From Klebsiella phage vB_KaeM_KaOmega: DNA of 64,000 bases. The position numbers and the translations under genes are program-made. This document shows positions 1 to 7,810 of this stretch, one piece after another (within the stretch, counting starts at the first letter, position 1; every line of letters starts with the position of its first letter). Under the pieces are notes generated by a model, which had not been told where the DNA came from, did no database searches, and was given only the letters and a program-made list of their open reading frames with translations. Location of the stretch: sequence record MN013077.1. The stretch is one strand, 5' to 3'.

Positions 1-100
1 ACCGGGGCCGGAAGTGGAAGCAATGCCGGAGGGTGATCCGTGGCTTGAACCTGTACCGCCTGCCGATCATTTCAATGTTAACCCGGCACAAAAATAATTG

Positions 101-128
101 TTGACGTGTGGTTATAGGTCTGTATAAT
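101..128 (+). promoter_or_regulatory. early sigma70-like promoter: TTGACG, ~17-nt spacer, TATAAT; the -10 is flanked by the inverted repeat ATAGGTC/GACCTAT
   Basis: consensus hexamers seen directly; inverted repeat 114-120/132-138 brackets the -10. Confidence 0.6.
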
Positions 129-171
129 GCGGACCTATAGACAAACGAAACGCCACCAAACGAGGCACAAA

Positions 172-531
172 ATGAAATCATACGCTGAAGCTATCGCCAC
201 CCGTCCCGATCTCCTGGTAAAGGGTGATCTATTCCTTACGCTGGAGACTTTCGATTTTTCCCGTGATATCAACGGCAATACGATCAACAAATATCGCGCC
301 GCGCTTGTCTCAGGCGACGAACAAAGCGTTTTAAACTGGTACGCCGCCGCCAATGAGCTGGAGATCCTCAAATCACCTTATCGCCGTGAACAGTCCCATA
401 ATGACGGCGCAAGCGCCGCCCTTTATCGCTTGGGCTTGCTGGGGTACGAACTGGAATACATTACCACACAATACGGCCCCGGCAAGCGCCGCGCCTATCG
501 AATTTTCTACCGTGTAAAGAATGCAAAATAA
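172..531 (+). CDS. hypothetical early protein (119 aa)
   Basis: ORF track 127..531; internal ATG at 172 preceded by CGAGG RBS-like sequence and the CA-rich leader shared by neighbouring genes. Confidence 0.6.
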   Translation: MKSYAEAIATRPDLLVKGDLFLTLETFDFSRDINGNTINKYRAALVSGDEQSVLNWYAAANELEILKSPYRREQSHNDGASAALYRLGLLGYELEYITTQYGPGKRRAYRIFYRVKNAK

Positions 532-534
532 GTA

Positions 535-563
535 TTGACCAGGGGCCGGAAAGGCCCCATAAT
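535..563 (+). promoter_or_regulatory. early promoter TTGACC-N17-CATAAT with the hairpin GGGGCC-GGAAA-GGCCCC in the spacer
   Basis: seen in sequence; identical copy at 5943-5971. Confidence 0.6.
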
Positions 564-782
564 ACCAGACATACCCAAACAGGCATAAGAGGCCACAAAA
601 TGAAATCATCTTTACTTTTCGCCCTGGTTGACATCGTGATCGGCAACGGTTGCGGGCAACATACTTTCATAGCTAACCGCCCCTATCCGCTGAAGTCATT
701 GCAGGCCGACGCCCGCCTAACCGCCGGGCAGATCCGCCGCTACTTTCGTGAACCACACCCGGCAAAAAGTGCAAAATAATTG

Positions 783-812
783 TTGACGCCGGGCACCGTC
801 CCGGCTTACAAT
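783..812 (+). promoter_or_regulatory. early promoter TTGACG-N18-TACAAT with spacer hairpin CCGGG..CCCGG
   Basis: seen in sequence. Confidence 0.55.
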
Positions 813-841
813 GACCTCACACAAACAAACGAGGCTATAAC

Positions 842-1138
842 ATGCAACAGGCTAACACTCTTTTCATTCTGGCAAACGTAGCGGATCACGTCGTGGCTTC
901 ATTGTCTAACGTGGCGGGCACCGTCCAGATCATTTGCCGCCATATGGATGACAAAGCGCCGAACCGCTTACAAATCAACGTAGACCGCGCCGGGAAAGAA
1001 TTTGTGATCTCTTATGACGCTATCTACAACGGCAAGCGGATCACGCAAGCAAAAAGCCAGCCTATCCCCGGCGATTTTGTCCAGGACGTGATCGCCGATA
1101 TCGTAAACGACACGATCCCAGCGGGGGCCGCTGTATGA
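842..1138 (+). CDS. hypothetical early protein (98 aa)
   Basis: ORF track; ATG follows the CGAGG-containing leader. Confidence 0.6.
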   Translation: MQQANTLFILANVADHVVASLSNVAGTVQIICRHMDDKAPNRLQINVDRAGKEFVISYDAIYNGKRITQAKSQPIPGDFVQDVIADIVNDTIPAGAAV

Positions 1139-1290
1139 ATCCGCATAAACTTTTAATCACCAGCTACACCAGCAAGGCGGATCGCCGTGAAACTTTGGAC
1201 CGCTTAACCCGCTATTATCAGGAGGCCGGGCACAATAAGACAACCGCCCGCGCCCTGGCTAAAAAACGTTTACGTTTTGGTAAAAATTAG
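1135..1290 (+). CDS. hypothetical small protein (51 aa), ATGA-overlapped with the upstream gene
   Basis: manual ORF MNPHKLLITSYTSKADRRETLDRLTRYYQEAGHNKTTARALAKKRLRFGKN; fills the gap to the next promoter. Confidence 0.4.
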   Translation: MNPHKLLITSYTSKADRRETLDRLTRYYQEAGHNKTTARALAKKRLRFGKN

Positions 1291-1292
1291 CT

Positions 1293-1320
1293 TGACGCCC
1301 GGCCCGAAAGGGCCGATAAT
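1293..1320 (+). promoter_or_regulatory. early promoter TTGACG-N16/17-GATAAT with spacer hairpin GGCCCGAAAGGGCC
   Basis: seen in sequence. Confidence 0.6.
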
Positions 1321-1366
1321 CTCTCACATAGGGCGGGGAATGGTTCCCCGCATTATCTAAGAGGTT

Positions 1367-1525
1367 ATGAACATGTTTACTTTGATGACTTGGGAACACG
1401 AATCAAGCGCCCCGATCCGCCGGACCTTTGAAAACTTATGCGCTGCTTATCGCCTGGCGCAAGGCGGTTACTATAAAGCCCAAATCATCGACGAAAACAA
1501 TATTGTAATGTACGAATTTAAATGA
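1367..1525 (+). CDS. hypothetical small protein (52 aa)
   Basis: manual ORF MNMFTLMTWEHESS...; AAGAGG RBS-like sequence upstream; the 5'UTR holds the conserved hairpin TAGGGCGGGGAATGGTTCCCCGC. Confidence 0.45.
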   Translation: MNMFTLMTWEHESSAPIRRTFENLCAAYRLAQGGYYKAQIIDENNIVMYEFK

Positions 1526-1554
1526 TTGACATCCGGCCCGAAAGGGCCGATAAT
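1525..1554 (+). promoter_or_regulatory. early promoter TTGACA-N18-GATAAT with spacer hairpin GGCCCGAAAGGGCC
   Basis: seen in sequence. Confidence 0.6.
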
Positions 1555-1587
1555 GACCCCCACACCAAACAAAAGAGAGACCGTAAA

Positions 1588-1794
1588 ATGATTACTATGA
1601 TTCTGCAAAAGTCCCGCCTGATTGATGTTACCGTCACCCTGTCCGCTTGCGGTGAATCATCCCGCCGGGCCGATCATTACCAGGTTACCGCTGTAAGCGA
1701 CAACGGCGCGATCCTGCTGTCTGAGGCGACCCCCGCGCTACATGAGGCATTTTTGACTTATTCGAAGTGGAAAGGGCCGGAAGAAATAAAATAA
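1588..1794 (+). CDS. hypothetical early protein (68 aa)
   Basis: ORF track 1522..1794; ATG at 1588 follows the GAGAGACCGTAAAATG leader. Confidence 0.55.
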   Translation: MITMILQKSRLIDVTVTLSACGESSRRADHYQVTAVSDNGAILLSEATPALHEAFLTYSKWKGPEEIK

Positions 1795-1801
1795 AAAGTA
1801 G

Positions 1802-1830
1802 TTGACGGCGGGGCCGATAGGCCCCATAAT
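1802..1830 (+). promoter_or_regulatory. early promoter TTGACG-N17-CATAAT with spacer hairpin GGGGCCGATAGGCCCC
   Basis: seen in sequence. Confidence 0.6.
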
Positions 1831-1864
1831 ACCACCACACCAAACGAATAAAGAGAATCACAAA

Positions 1865-2119
1865 ATGTTAAAATTCATCAAATCACTTTTCACCCGTACC
1901 GCCCCGGCTTGCAAGTTGCCACCCCTGGAGGCGAAAGGTGTGATCGCTCGCAAAGTCTCAGAATTGTTTATCATTTCATTGGTTCACAATGGCGGCGACT
2001 GTTACGAAATCATCGAAATGGGCCGCTACACTAAAACAGGATCAAGCCGTGTCCGCTACGGTGAACACCGCGCCCGGAATCATTTTGATTCTGTATGCTG
2101 TATGGTCGGTGCAAAATAA
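1865..2119 (+). CDS. hypothetical early protein (84 aa)
   Basis: ORF track 1802..2119; ATG at 1865 after an A-rich leader. Confidence 0.55.
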   Translation: MLKFIKSLFTRTAPACKLPPLEAKGVIARKVSELFIISLVHNGGDCYEIIEMGRYTKTGSSRVRYGEHRARNHFDSVCCMVGAK

Positions 2120-2122
2120 ACC

Positions 2123-2151
2123 TTGACGGGGCCAACGTTAGGCCCCATAAT
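2123..2151 (+). promoter_or_regulatory. early promoter TTGACG-N17-CATAAT with spacer hairpin GGGGCC..GGCCCC
   Basis: seen in sequence. Confidence 0.6.
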
Positions 2152-2201
2152 GTATCACACAGGGCGACACAACGCCGCCCACAAACAAAAGGCAGACCGT
2201 T

Positions 2202-2564
2202 ATGATCTTCAATATCACCGAACTGAAAAAGAAAATGTCAGAGATGCTCTTCAATATTAGTGAATACGGGCACCCGTCCTACACTATCTTTGAGGCTGTT
2301 TTGTCAAAGTGCCAAAAGTTCGAATTAGTGATCGAGGTTGTACCGGGTCGCCTCCTGAAGTTGGGATCTGGCAAGTGGGGTTATAAACTTGATGCCTACG
2401 TCCAACAGTTAGCCGCCGGGGCCGATCCTATGGCAGATGATTATTGCGATGATGCCGACACTATCGCAAGCGTGGACGGTGAATATTGCCGGACAAAGGC
2501 GGCGCTTTTTGAAGCGATCAGCGAAGTTATCAACGAAGCAAAAGAAAACGTAATAACACGATAA
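2202..2564 (+). CDS. hypothetical early protein (120 aa)
   Basis: ORF track; AGGCAGACCGTTATG leader. Confidence 0.6.
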   Translation: MIFNITELKKKMSEMLFNISEYGHPSYTIFEAVLSKCQKFELVIEVVPGRLLKLGSGKWGYKLDAYVQQLAAGADPMADDYCDDADTIASVDGEYCRTKAALFEAISEVINEAKENVITR

Positions 2565-2578
2565 GCTAAAAAGAATTG

Positions 2579-2608
2579 TTGACGCCGGGAAGCGTTACGG
2601 GTTATACT
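2579..2608 (+). promoter_or_regulatory. early promoter TTGACG-N18-TATACT
   Basis: seen in sequence; spacer is GC-rich with an imperfect dyad. Confidence 0.5.
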
Positions 2609-2656
2609 CTTTTCATCGGGTCACAACAGACCACAACAAACAAAGAGAGAAACAAA

Positions 2657-2734
2657 ATGAGCGTAATCTTCCTAGTATCTGTTTTCGTAGCTATTGCATC
2701 TTCTACCGCAATTTGTATCAAACTGGGATACTAA
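2657..2734 (+). CDS. possible 25-aa hydrophobic micro-protein MSVIFLVSVFVAIASSTAICIKLGY
   Basis: manual ORF after promoter and AGAGAGA RBS-like sequence; ends 5 nt before the next ATG. Confidence 0.3.
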   Translation: MSVIFLVSVFVAIASSTAICIKLGY

Positions 2735-2738
2735 TTAA

Positions 2739-3131
2739 ATGACTACTTTCAACGTTTTACACTTAAACGCTTTTATCGCGGGTTACATTGAGGCAATGTT
2801 TTTTGCAGAGTCCGCCACCGATAGCGACGGCGAAGAGATCGAAAGTTTAGCCGGGTATGAGTTAAGCGCTGAAGCCCTGGACGCTGCCCGCATGGATTGT
2901 GCCCGCTTTATGGACGTTGCGCCTCTGTTACTCAAAGGGGCAATGCTGGCAGGGGTTGACTATGACCACACCCAGGCGGGCCGGGATCTATGGTTTAGCC
3001 GTCAAGGGCACGGCGTAGGATTCTGGGATCGCGGACTTGGGGCGATCGGTGATAAACTCCACGACGTGGCGAAGACTTTCGGATCAAAAAATCTGTTTAT
3101 CAATGATGCCGGATTTATTGAGGTAGAATAA
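2739..3131 (+). CDS. hypothetical early protein (130 aa)
   Basis: ORF track. Confidence 0.6.
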   Translation: MTTFNVLHLNAFIAGYIEAMFFAESATDSDGEEIESLAGYELSAEALDAARMDCARFMDVAPLLLKGAMLAGVDYDHTQAGRDLWFSRQGHGVGFWDRGLGAIGDKLHDVAKTFGSKNLFINDAGFIEVE

Positions 3132-3592
3132 TGAACCTTACAGATCTGAAGTATTACGACGAATTGACCCCAGCGGCGCAAGCTGAAGCCCGGCGCAACG
3201 TTGCCGCTAGTGTGCAGACTCACCACGGGCGGGAAATCGGAAAGGCGTTTTTTAAATTCCAGCGGGACCCAAACAAGGCGATCAATGACCCGCTGCACAT
3301 CCGCCGGATCATCAATGGCGGCGAAGCGTGGCGCAAGATCCGCCAGGAGGGCGACGCCTATCTAATCCGCTTTATCCGGTCCAATAAAGTGATCTTTACT
3401 GATTGCGGGGCGTATGTAGCGTATGTGGACGCCTTCACAATGTTTATTGATGGGTTGGAATACATACCCACAGCCGAACAGCAAAAGACTCTTAGAACGC
3501 CTTACATCGACGTTAACGGGCGGGGGCCTGCGTTTCATGATTGGCTATACCGTATGCACCACAAAATAAAGTTTTTCATGATCCGGGGTTGA
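3131..3592 (+). CDS. hypothetical early protein (153 aa)
   Basis: ORF track; ATGA overlap with the upstream gene. Confidence 0.6.
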   Translation: MNLTDLKYYDELTPAAQAEARRNVAASVQTHHGREIGKAFFKFQRDPNKAINDPLHIRRIINGGEAWRKIRQEGDAYLIRFIRSNKVIFTDCGAYVAYVDAFTMFIDGLEYIPTAEQQKTLRTPYIDVNGRGPAFHDWLYRMHHKIKFFMIRG

Positions 3593-3617
3593 CACCCGGC
3601 GGAATAGGGCCGATAAT
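3589..3617 (+). promoter_or_regulatory. early promoter TTGACA-N17-GATAAT, followed in the 5'UTR by the conserved hairpin TAGGGCGGGGAATGGTCCCCGG
   Basis: seen in sequence. Confidence 0.55.
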
Positions 3618-3670
3618 GTCTCTCATAGGGCGGGGAATGGTCCCCGGCCCAATGAACTGGAGTCAGTACA

Positions 3671-3922
3671 ATGGAAATCAAACACGTAATTTCTGCAAAC
3701 GTCGCCGTTTTAGGTTCTGTAAGTGAAACCCGTGTGAGTCTGGCGAAATGGTGCGCCGCTCAAACTTTCGGGAGTTACGGCGAAAAGGTAACAGAGGTTA
3801 AGCGCTTGCTTTCCTTTGGCAACGTGGGCCGCAAGTTGTTAACAGAGGATATCGCCCGCCGGGTTGAGATCCATTATTCACTTGCTCAAATCATCGTAAA
3901 AGAGATCGAAAGCGCAATTTAA
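3671..3922 (+). CDS. hypothetical early protein (83 aa)
   Basis: ORF track. Confidence 0.6.
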   Translation: MEIKHVISANVAVLGSVSETRVSLAKWCAAQTFGSYGEKVTEVKRLLSFGNVGRKLLTEDIARRVEIHYSLAQIIVKEIESAI

Positions 3923-3960
3923 CCCGGCCCGGCCCCGAAAGGGGCCAAAAGGAAAATAAA

Positions 3961-4140
3961 ATGACTTATTTCAGAAACTTAGAAAACGGGCATTATTACA
4001 CCATATCCGCCGGGCGGGTTCGTTGGTGGCTGGATCATTCTGCCGTGTGGGTCCGTAGTGAACATCTAAAGCCGTGTGACCTTGCCCACTATCCGTATAT
4101 TGGAACCACCACCGGACCAGGGGCCGAAAATGGGCGCTAA
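3961..4140 (+). CDS. hypothetical small protein (59 aa)
   Basis: manual ORF MTYFRNLENGHYYTISAGRVRWW...; follows the stand-alone hairpin GGCCCCGAAAGGGGCC and an AAAAGGAAAA RBS-like sequence. Confidence 0.4.
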   Translation: MTYFRNLENGHYYTISAGRVRWWLDHSAVWVRSEHLKPCDLAHYPYIGTTTGPGAENGR

Positions 4141-4354
4141 TACCCGCAACCGCTACGGCATAACGCGCCGTTTCGGGGTCTGCTATATGCTGGCAGATGA
4201 TCCACAATACAGGGCATTGCTGGAGGCTTACCAGGTCACCAAACTGGACGCCCAAAAGGGCCGGGCCGAACATGCCGCCCACGTAGCGAACATCAAAGCG
4301 TTACACGAATTTTTAGCCGTCGCTGAAAAGCGCCACGACATCCGCCACCGTTGA
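4130..4354 (+). CDS. hypothetical early protein (74 aa)
   Basis: ORF track 4076..4354; internal ATG at 4130. Confidence 0.5.
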   Translation: MGANTRNRYGITRRFGVCYMLADDPQYRALLEAYQVTKLDAQKGRAEHAAHVANIKALHEFLAVAEKRHDIRHR

Positions 4355-4365
4355 GAGTGCAAACC

Positions 4366-4560
4366 ATGATCACAGAATCCGAGATCCGCCAAACGTTAGC
4401 CGCCTTGCGTTACCTCCACGCCTTGCGCCGGGCAAGTGATCCGACTTATGCCGGGTCATGCCTGGCTAACGATGCCGAAAACGGGATCGCCACACTGAAA
4501 GAATTAAACGACCGCATGAGCGACAGCGACCGATCCGACTTCATAGGGGGCGAAATATGA
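4366..4560 (+). CDS. hypothetical early protein (64 aa)
   Basis: ORF track 4351..4560 (TTG); first ATG at 4366. Confidence 0.5.
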   Translation: MITESEIRQTLAALRYLHALRRASDPTYAGSCLANDAENGIATLKELNDRMSDSDRSDFIGGEI

Positions 4561-4757
4561 TCGACTTATCCGGCGTGAAGCCTGGCGATCTGGTCTGGGC
4601 CTTTGACTATCCGACCGATCCACCGTATGACGTTTGCAACGCTTGCAAACTGGAGTATTTGAACACCGGGAAAAATGAGTACCAGTTACGCCGCCCGGAT
4701 AACGGCGTGATCGTTTACTTTCGCTACATCGCACCAATTGAAGGGGCCAAACCATGA
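4557..4757 (+). CDS. hypothetical early protein (66 aa)
   Basis: ORF track; ATGA overlap. Confidence 0.55.
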   Translation: MIDLSGVKPGDLVWAFDYPTDPPYDVCNACKLEYLNTGKNEYQLRRPDNGVIVYFRYIAPIEGAKP

Positions 4758-5068
4758 TCGCCATTACGCCAACCGTTTTAGATTGGTATCGCCAACAGAT
4801 CGCGCCGCCGCTGGCTATCTTCAAACAGGCAGAAAGCAAACAGCGCCGGATCTCCATTCATGAGATCATCACCCTTAACGCCGGGGCGGTCCCGTTCAAT
4901 CCTGGGGCGGGTCGCAACATGGGCAACACGTTAGCGCTTTTGAGTTTACGCCGGAAACGGTCCGCCCTTACCTTGGATTCACTCCGCATGATGGGAGATC
5001 CGCACCGGGTAACAGGTCGCCGGATCGCCAGGGCCTGGGAACGGGCAAACGGTCGAAAGGTTGTATAA
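4754..5068 (+). CDS. hypothetical early protein (104 aa)
   Basis: ORF track; ATGA overlap. Confidence 0.55.
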   Translation: MIAITPTVLDWYRQQIAPPLAIFKQAESKQRRISIHEIITLNAGAVPFNPGAGRNMGNTLALLSLRRKRSALTLDSLRMMGDPHRVTGRRIARAWERANGRKVV

Positions 5069-5487
5069 AATAACAGTGTTTACAGGGGTTGAATTGTTCG
5101 CCCCTTTTTGTTATCCTTTTTTCATGCGATGGCACCTGATGCAGGGGGAGACAAACACCGGACCTGCCCGCTATTCAGGAAGGCGGACCGGACCTGGGTC
5201 TCTCCGGATAGATGAGAATGGTTATCATTCCCAATCAAATCAAATACATACTTTCAAACCGTTGTCAAATTTATTTCGTACTCCTGTATAAATGTACATG
5301 GTTCTAAAACGTCCTGAATCGCGTTTTAAGCCGTTTTCCCCTTACCCGGTATCCTACATCATAAAAATATAGATCTCTCGAAATCGGACTTTCGCACTTT
5401 TTGCCCTTGCAAACGTAAAAATTTTATGTTAGACCTGAAGGGCTGAAAGCCGGGTTTACGTTGACAAAACTTTACAATTCTCCCTAT

Positions 5488-5516
5488 TGCATCGATCCGC
5501 CATTGTGCTATTATTT
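5488..5516 (+). promoter_or_regulatory. putative promoter TTGCAT-N17-ATTATT ahead of the 5568 gene; its 5'UTR contains a TAGGGCGG... hairpin variant
   Basis: seen in sequence; weaker match. Confidence 0.4.
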
Positions 5517-5567
5517 ATCACGTAGGGCGGCAATGACGCGACGGCCCGCAGAGAGGAGACAGTAAAA

Positions 5568-5939
5568 ATGAACCTGACCAACTTCAACCGCTACTACATC
5601 CGCGACGAACAGGCAAACGCTTTTGGGTACGATCGTTCGTTCGAAATGCAACAGCACGTAGGCGGCGCAAAGTTACACGTTGAAACTGTTACCTTTGAAA
5701 ACTATTTTATGGCGACCTTTGACAATGGTTTACAGATCTCCATTGAGTACAAAGGCGGCGTGATGACTCTCGCCACTGAGGATAAATTCCGCAAAAAAGA
5801 TCTTTTGAATCATCCAGGTTTTGCCAGCAACAAAGAATTATTGATTAAAATTTATATCCGCTGGGTAGTGGGCCGCATCGCAACAGAAGAGCAGATCGCC
5901 GCCCTGGTGGATCTGGCTCTGAATCTGGATTTAAATTAA
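5568..5939 (+). CDS. hypothetical early protein (123 aa)
   Basis: ORF track; strong RBS-like sequence GAGAGGAGA. Confidence 0.65.
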   Translation: MNLTNFNRYYIRDEQANAFGYDRSFEMQQHVGGAKLHVETVTFENYFMATFDNGLQISIEYKGGVMTLATEDKFRKKDLLNHPGFASNKELLIKIYIRWVVGRIATEEQIAALVDLALNLDLN

Positions 5940-5942
5940 TAG

Positions 5943-5971
5943 TTGACAAGGGGCCGGAAAGGCCCCATAAT
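5943..5971 (+). promoter_or_regulatory. early promoter TTGACA-N17-CATAAT with spacer hairpin GGGGCCGGAAAGGCCCC
   Basis: seen in sequence; identical to the promoter at 535. Confidence 0.6.
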
Positions 5972-6016
5972 ACCCACTCAAGCAACAAACCACTAAGAAC
6001 ACTGGAGACCGTAAAA

Positions 6017-6331
6017 ATGACCAAATCTAAATTTTTCGAAATGCTGGATCGCTACCTGTCAAGCCATAACGAGTGGGCCAAACTTGGCAACGGTTACGAC
6101 TCATACAAGGCCGAACAGTTAAAACCTTATGTTTTCCATGAGGACCCGGCGAACCTGGAGAAATGGAAAGCTAAAGATCCGTCCTATCCTTGGACCGCTC
6201 ACGCTTCAGGTTTTACCCTGGCTGATTGTTGGCATGTTGAGGTAATGCAACATAAAACCGCTGAAGCGGCAGAAAAGCAAAACAAAATTTTCACCCGCTG
6301 GATCGCAGACTATCAAAAGGCCCGCGCTTAA
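6017..6331 (+). CDS. hypothetical early protein (104 aa)
   Basis: ORF track; CTGGAGACCGTAAAAATG leader. Confidence 0.6.
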   Translation: MTKSKFFEMLDRYLSSHNEWAKLGNGYDSYKAEQLKPYVFHEDPANLEKWKAKDPSYPWTAHASGFTLADCWHVEVMQHKTAEAAEKQNKIFTRWIADYQKARA

Positions 6332-6576
6332 TGTCCCGGCTTTTTAAAATCAATCTTCCATTGTGGGCCGCTTTAGCGGTCCTCATTGCCTTTTTTGGCG
6401 ATACGGTCAACAATTGGATTTTGTCCGCTGTACTTGGACCGGATCAACTGGTCACAACATTTTTAAACGCTTTCGGCGCTACACTGGCAACGGCCCGCCT
6501 TGCCTATCGTGGCAAATCAATAAACCGTTATGATCTGGCGCTATCACTGCCCGCCCTGGTTACCTGCCTAAACTGA
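6331..6576 (+). CDS. small membrane protein (81 aa, two predicted TM helices)
   Basis: ORF track; hydrophobic sequence; ATGT overlap. Confidence 0.55.
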   Translation: MSRLFKINLPLWAALAVLIAFFGDTVNNWILSAVLGPDQLVTTFLNAFGATLATARLAYRGKSINRYDLALSLPALVTCLN

Positions 6577-6577
6577 A

Positions 6578-6607
6578 GAGGCCCGCCACCCCGGCGGGCT
6601 TTTTGTT
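6578..6607 (+). terminator. rho-independent terminator GCCCGCCACCCCGGCGGGC followed by TTTTGTT
   Basis: GC hairpin plus T tract. Confidence 0.7.
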
Positions 6608-6634
6608 GCATCCAGATCCGTGACCTGTTATAAT
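6606..6634 (+). promoter_or_regulatory. promoter TTGCAT-N17-TATAAT
   Basis: seen in sequence. Confidence 0.55.
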
Positions 6635-6680
6635 ACTTACTCACCCGGCAACCGGGCCAAACAACTGGAGACCGTAAAAC

Positions 6681-6881
6681 ATGACAACCGCCAACCGCCT
6701 GATCGATGTTCTGAATGATGCAAAGGCAAACCGTTTAGCCGTGGCAATCAAAGAAGAGGCAAACGGGCTGATCCTGGCAAGTGTTACCGATGGCTGTTAC
6801 ACTGAATCATTCCATGCTGATACACTGGAGTATCTCGCCCACAGATTAGAAATGATCGTTGACGATTGGCGGCTATTGTGA
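6681..6881 (+). CDS. hypothetical protein (66 aa)
   Basis: ORF track; CTGGAGACCGTAAAACATG leader. Confidence 0.6.
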   Translation: MTTANRLIDVLNDAKANRLAVAIKEEANGLILASVTDGCYTESFHADTLEYLAHRLEMIVDDWRLL

Positions 6882-6898
6882 TCCGACCAAACCAAACA

Positions 6899-6925
6899 GG
6901 CCCGGCATAGTCCGGGCTTTTTAGT
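6899..6925 (+). terminator. rho-independent terminator CCCGGCATAGTCCGGG followed by CTTTTTAG
   Basis: hairpin plus T tract; ends the early + strand block. Confidence 0.7.
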
Positions 6926-7099
6926 GCCTGCAATCCGGCCCGGTATTGGTCCGACTCCCCCAGCCTATAAGCCCTTATCATTTAACATTGTGGAAATCAA
7001 CATCTAATTTTATTCATAAAAACATGCATAATTGAATACAGGAGGCGCTAACCCACTAGCCAGGGTTGAGAGTAGCGGGCCGCATAGGGCCTTACAGCG

Positions 7100-7560
7100 C
7101 GTTTTAGCCCCTATTGACTTCTATCTGCAAACGTGTATCAGGCCACAACTGACTAAATCACCTTTTCTTTACATAACTTGACACTATTTATTCATTTATC
7201 TGCATAATGCGAGAATGATTATCATTTACAATCAATAACTTAACTTTTTATTGACTTCTGACAAAACACGGTTTTACGTTCCCACGGATCAAGGGAGGGC
7301 GCGCCGGAGGCGCGACCAATAGAAAACAGGTAACGAACCCTCCCCCGTTGCTAGCTCGCAACGGTTTAGGCTTACGTTCCCACGGTCAAGGGATGACCGC
7401 TATCACCTGTTTTCTATTGGTCATTTGTGATTGAAAATCACGTAAAGTCAAGTTTTATTTTACAAATGAGAGTTATTCTTATCTGCATAAAGATTGGTTT
7501 TATCTGCATAAATACGTAAACAGGCGGACCCGGTACGGGCCGGAGGGCCTGAGAGGAGAG
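7100..7560. repeat. iteron and palindrome cluster: TTATCTGCATAA x3 (7197, 7482, 7505); ATTGACTTCT x2; direct repeat ACGTTCCCACGG(A)TCAAGGGA x2, each partnered with one arm of the inverted repeat CCAATAGAAAACAGGT/ACCTGTTTTCTATTGG; palindromes GTGATTGAAAATCAC and CGTTGCTAGCTCGCAACG
   Basis: seen directly in sequence; non-coding. Confidence 0.6.
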
Positions 7561-7669
7561 GGCCTTTATTGCTCACAAAACAGCCGAAAGCGTAGCTTTT
7601 GCCTGGCAAAATTCACTCTTCGTGTCAAGCGAAAAATAATTTTTTTTCTTTTTTCGTAAACGATAATGA

Positions 7670-7810
7670 TTCTCATCCGAGAACCATTCTCAAAGGGCGA
7701 ATGCGAGTCATTCTCATTGGCATTCCACAACGTGAGTGAGACTCATTCTCATCTAGGCCACGGCTGGCGGGCCTCTCCACGTGTTGGGAATGATTATCAT
7801 TATCCCGAGT
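7670..7810. repeat. array of about five related sites (ATGATTCTCAT, CCATTCTCA, GTCATTCTCAT, CTCATTCTCAT, AATGATTATCATT); the perfect 13-bp palindrome AATGATTATCATT recurs at 7212 and a variant at 5222
   Basis: seen directly in sequence. Confidence 0.55.

Noticed and set aside
3931-3946. GC hairpin GGCCCCGAAAGGGGCC initially taken for a terminator
   Set aside because: No T tract on either strand. It is the same hairpin type that sits inside early promoter spacers, so it is recorded only as a stand-alone structural element.
5130-5215. tRNA-like impression (GGAGAGA...TGTCTCC ends) on the minus strand
   Set aside because: No T-loop (GTTCRANYC) or D-loop consensus, and the acceptor pairing is imperfect. 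Judged not to be a tRNA.
5061-5291. 76-aa + strand ORF with TTG start in the 500-bp early-region gap
   Set aside because: No promoter or RBS-like sequence of the type every neighbouring early gene has. The sequence contains direct repeats and the 13-bp dyad, so it is more likely regulatory or sRNA than coding.
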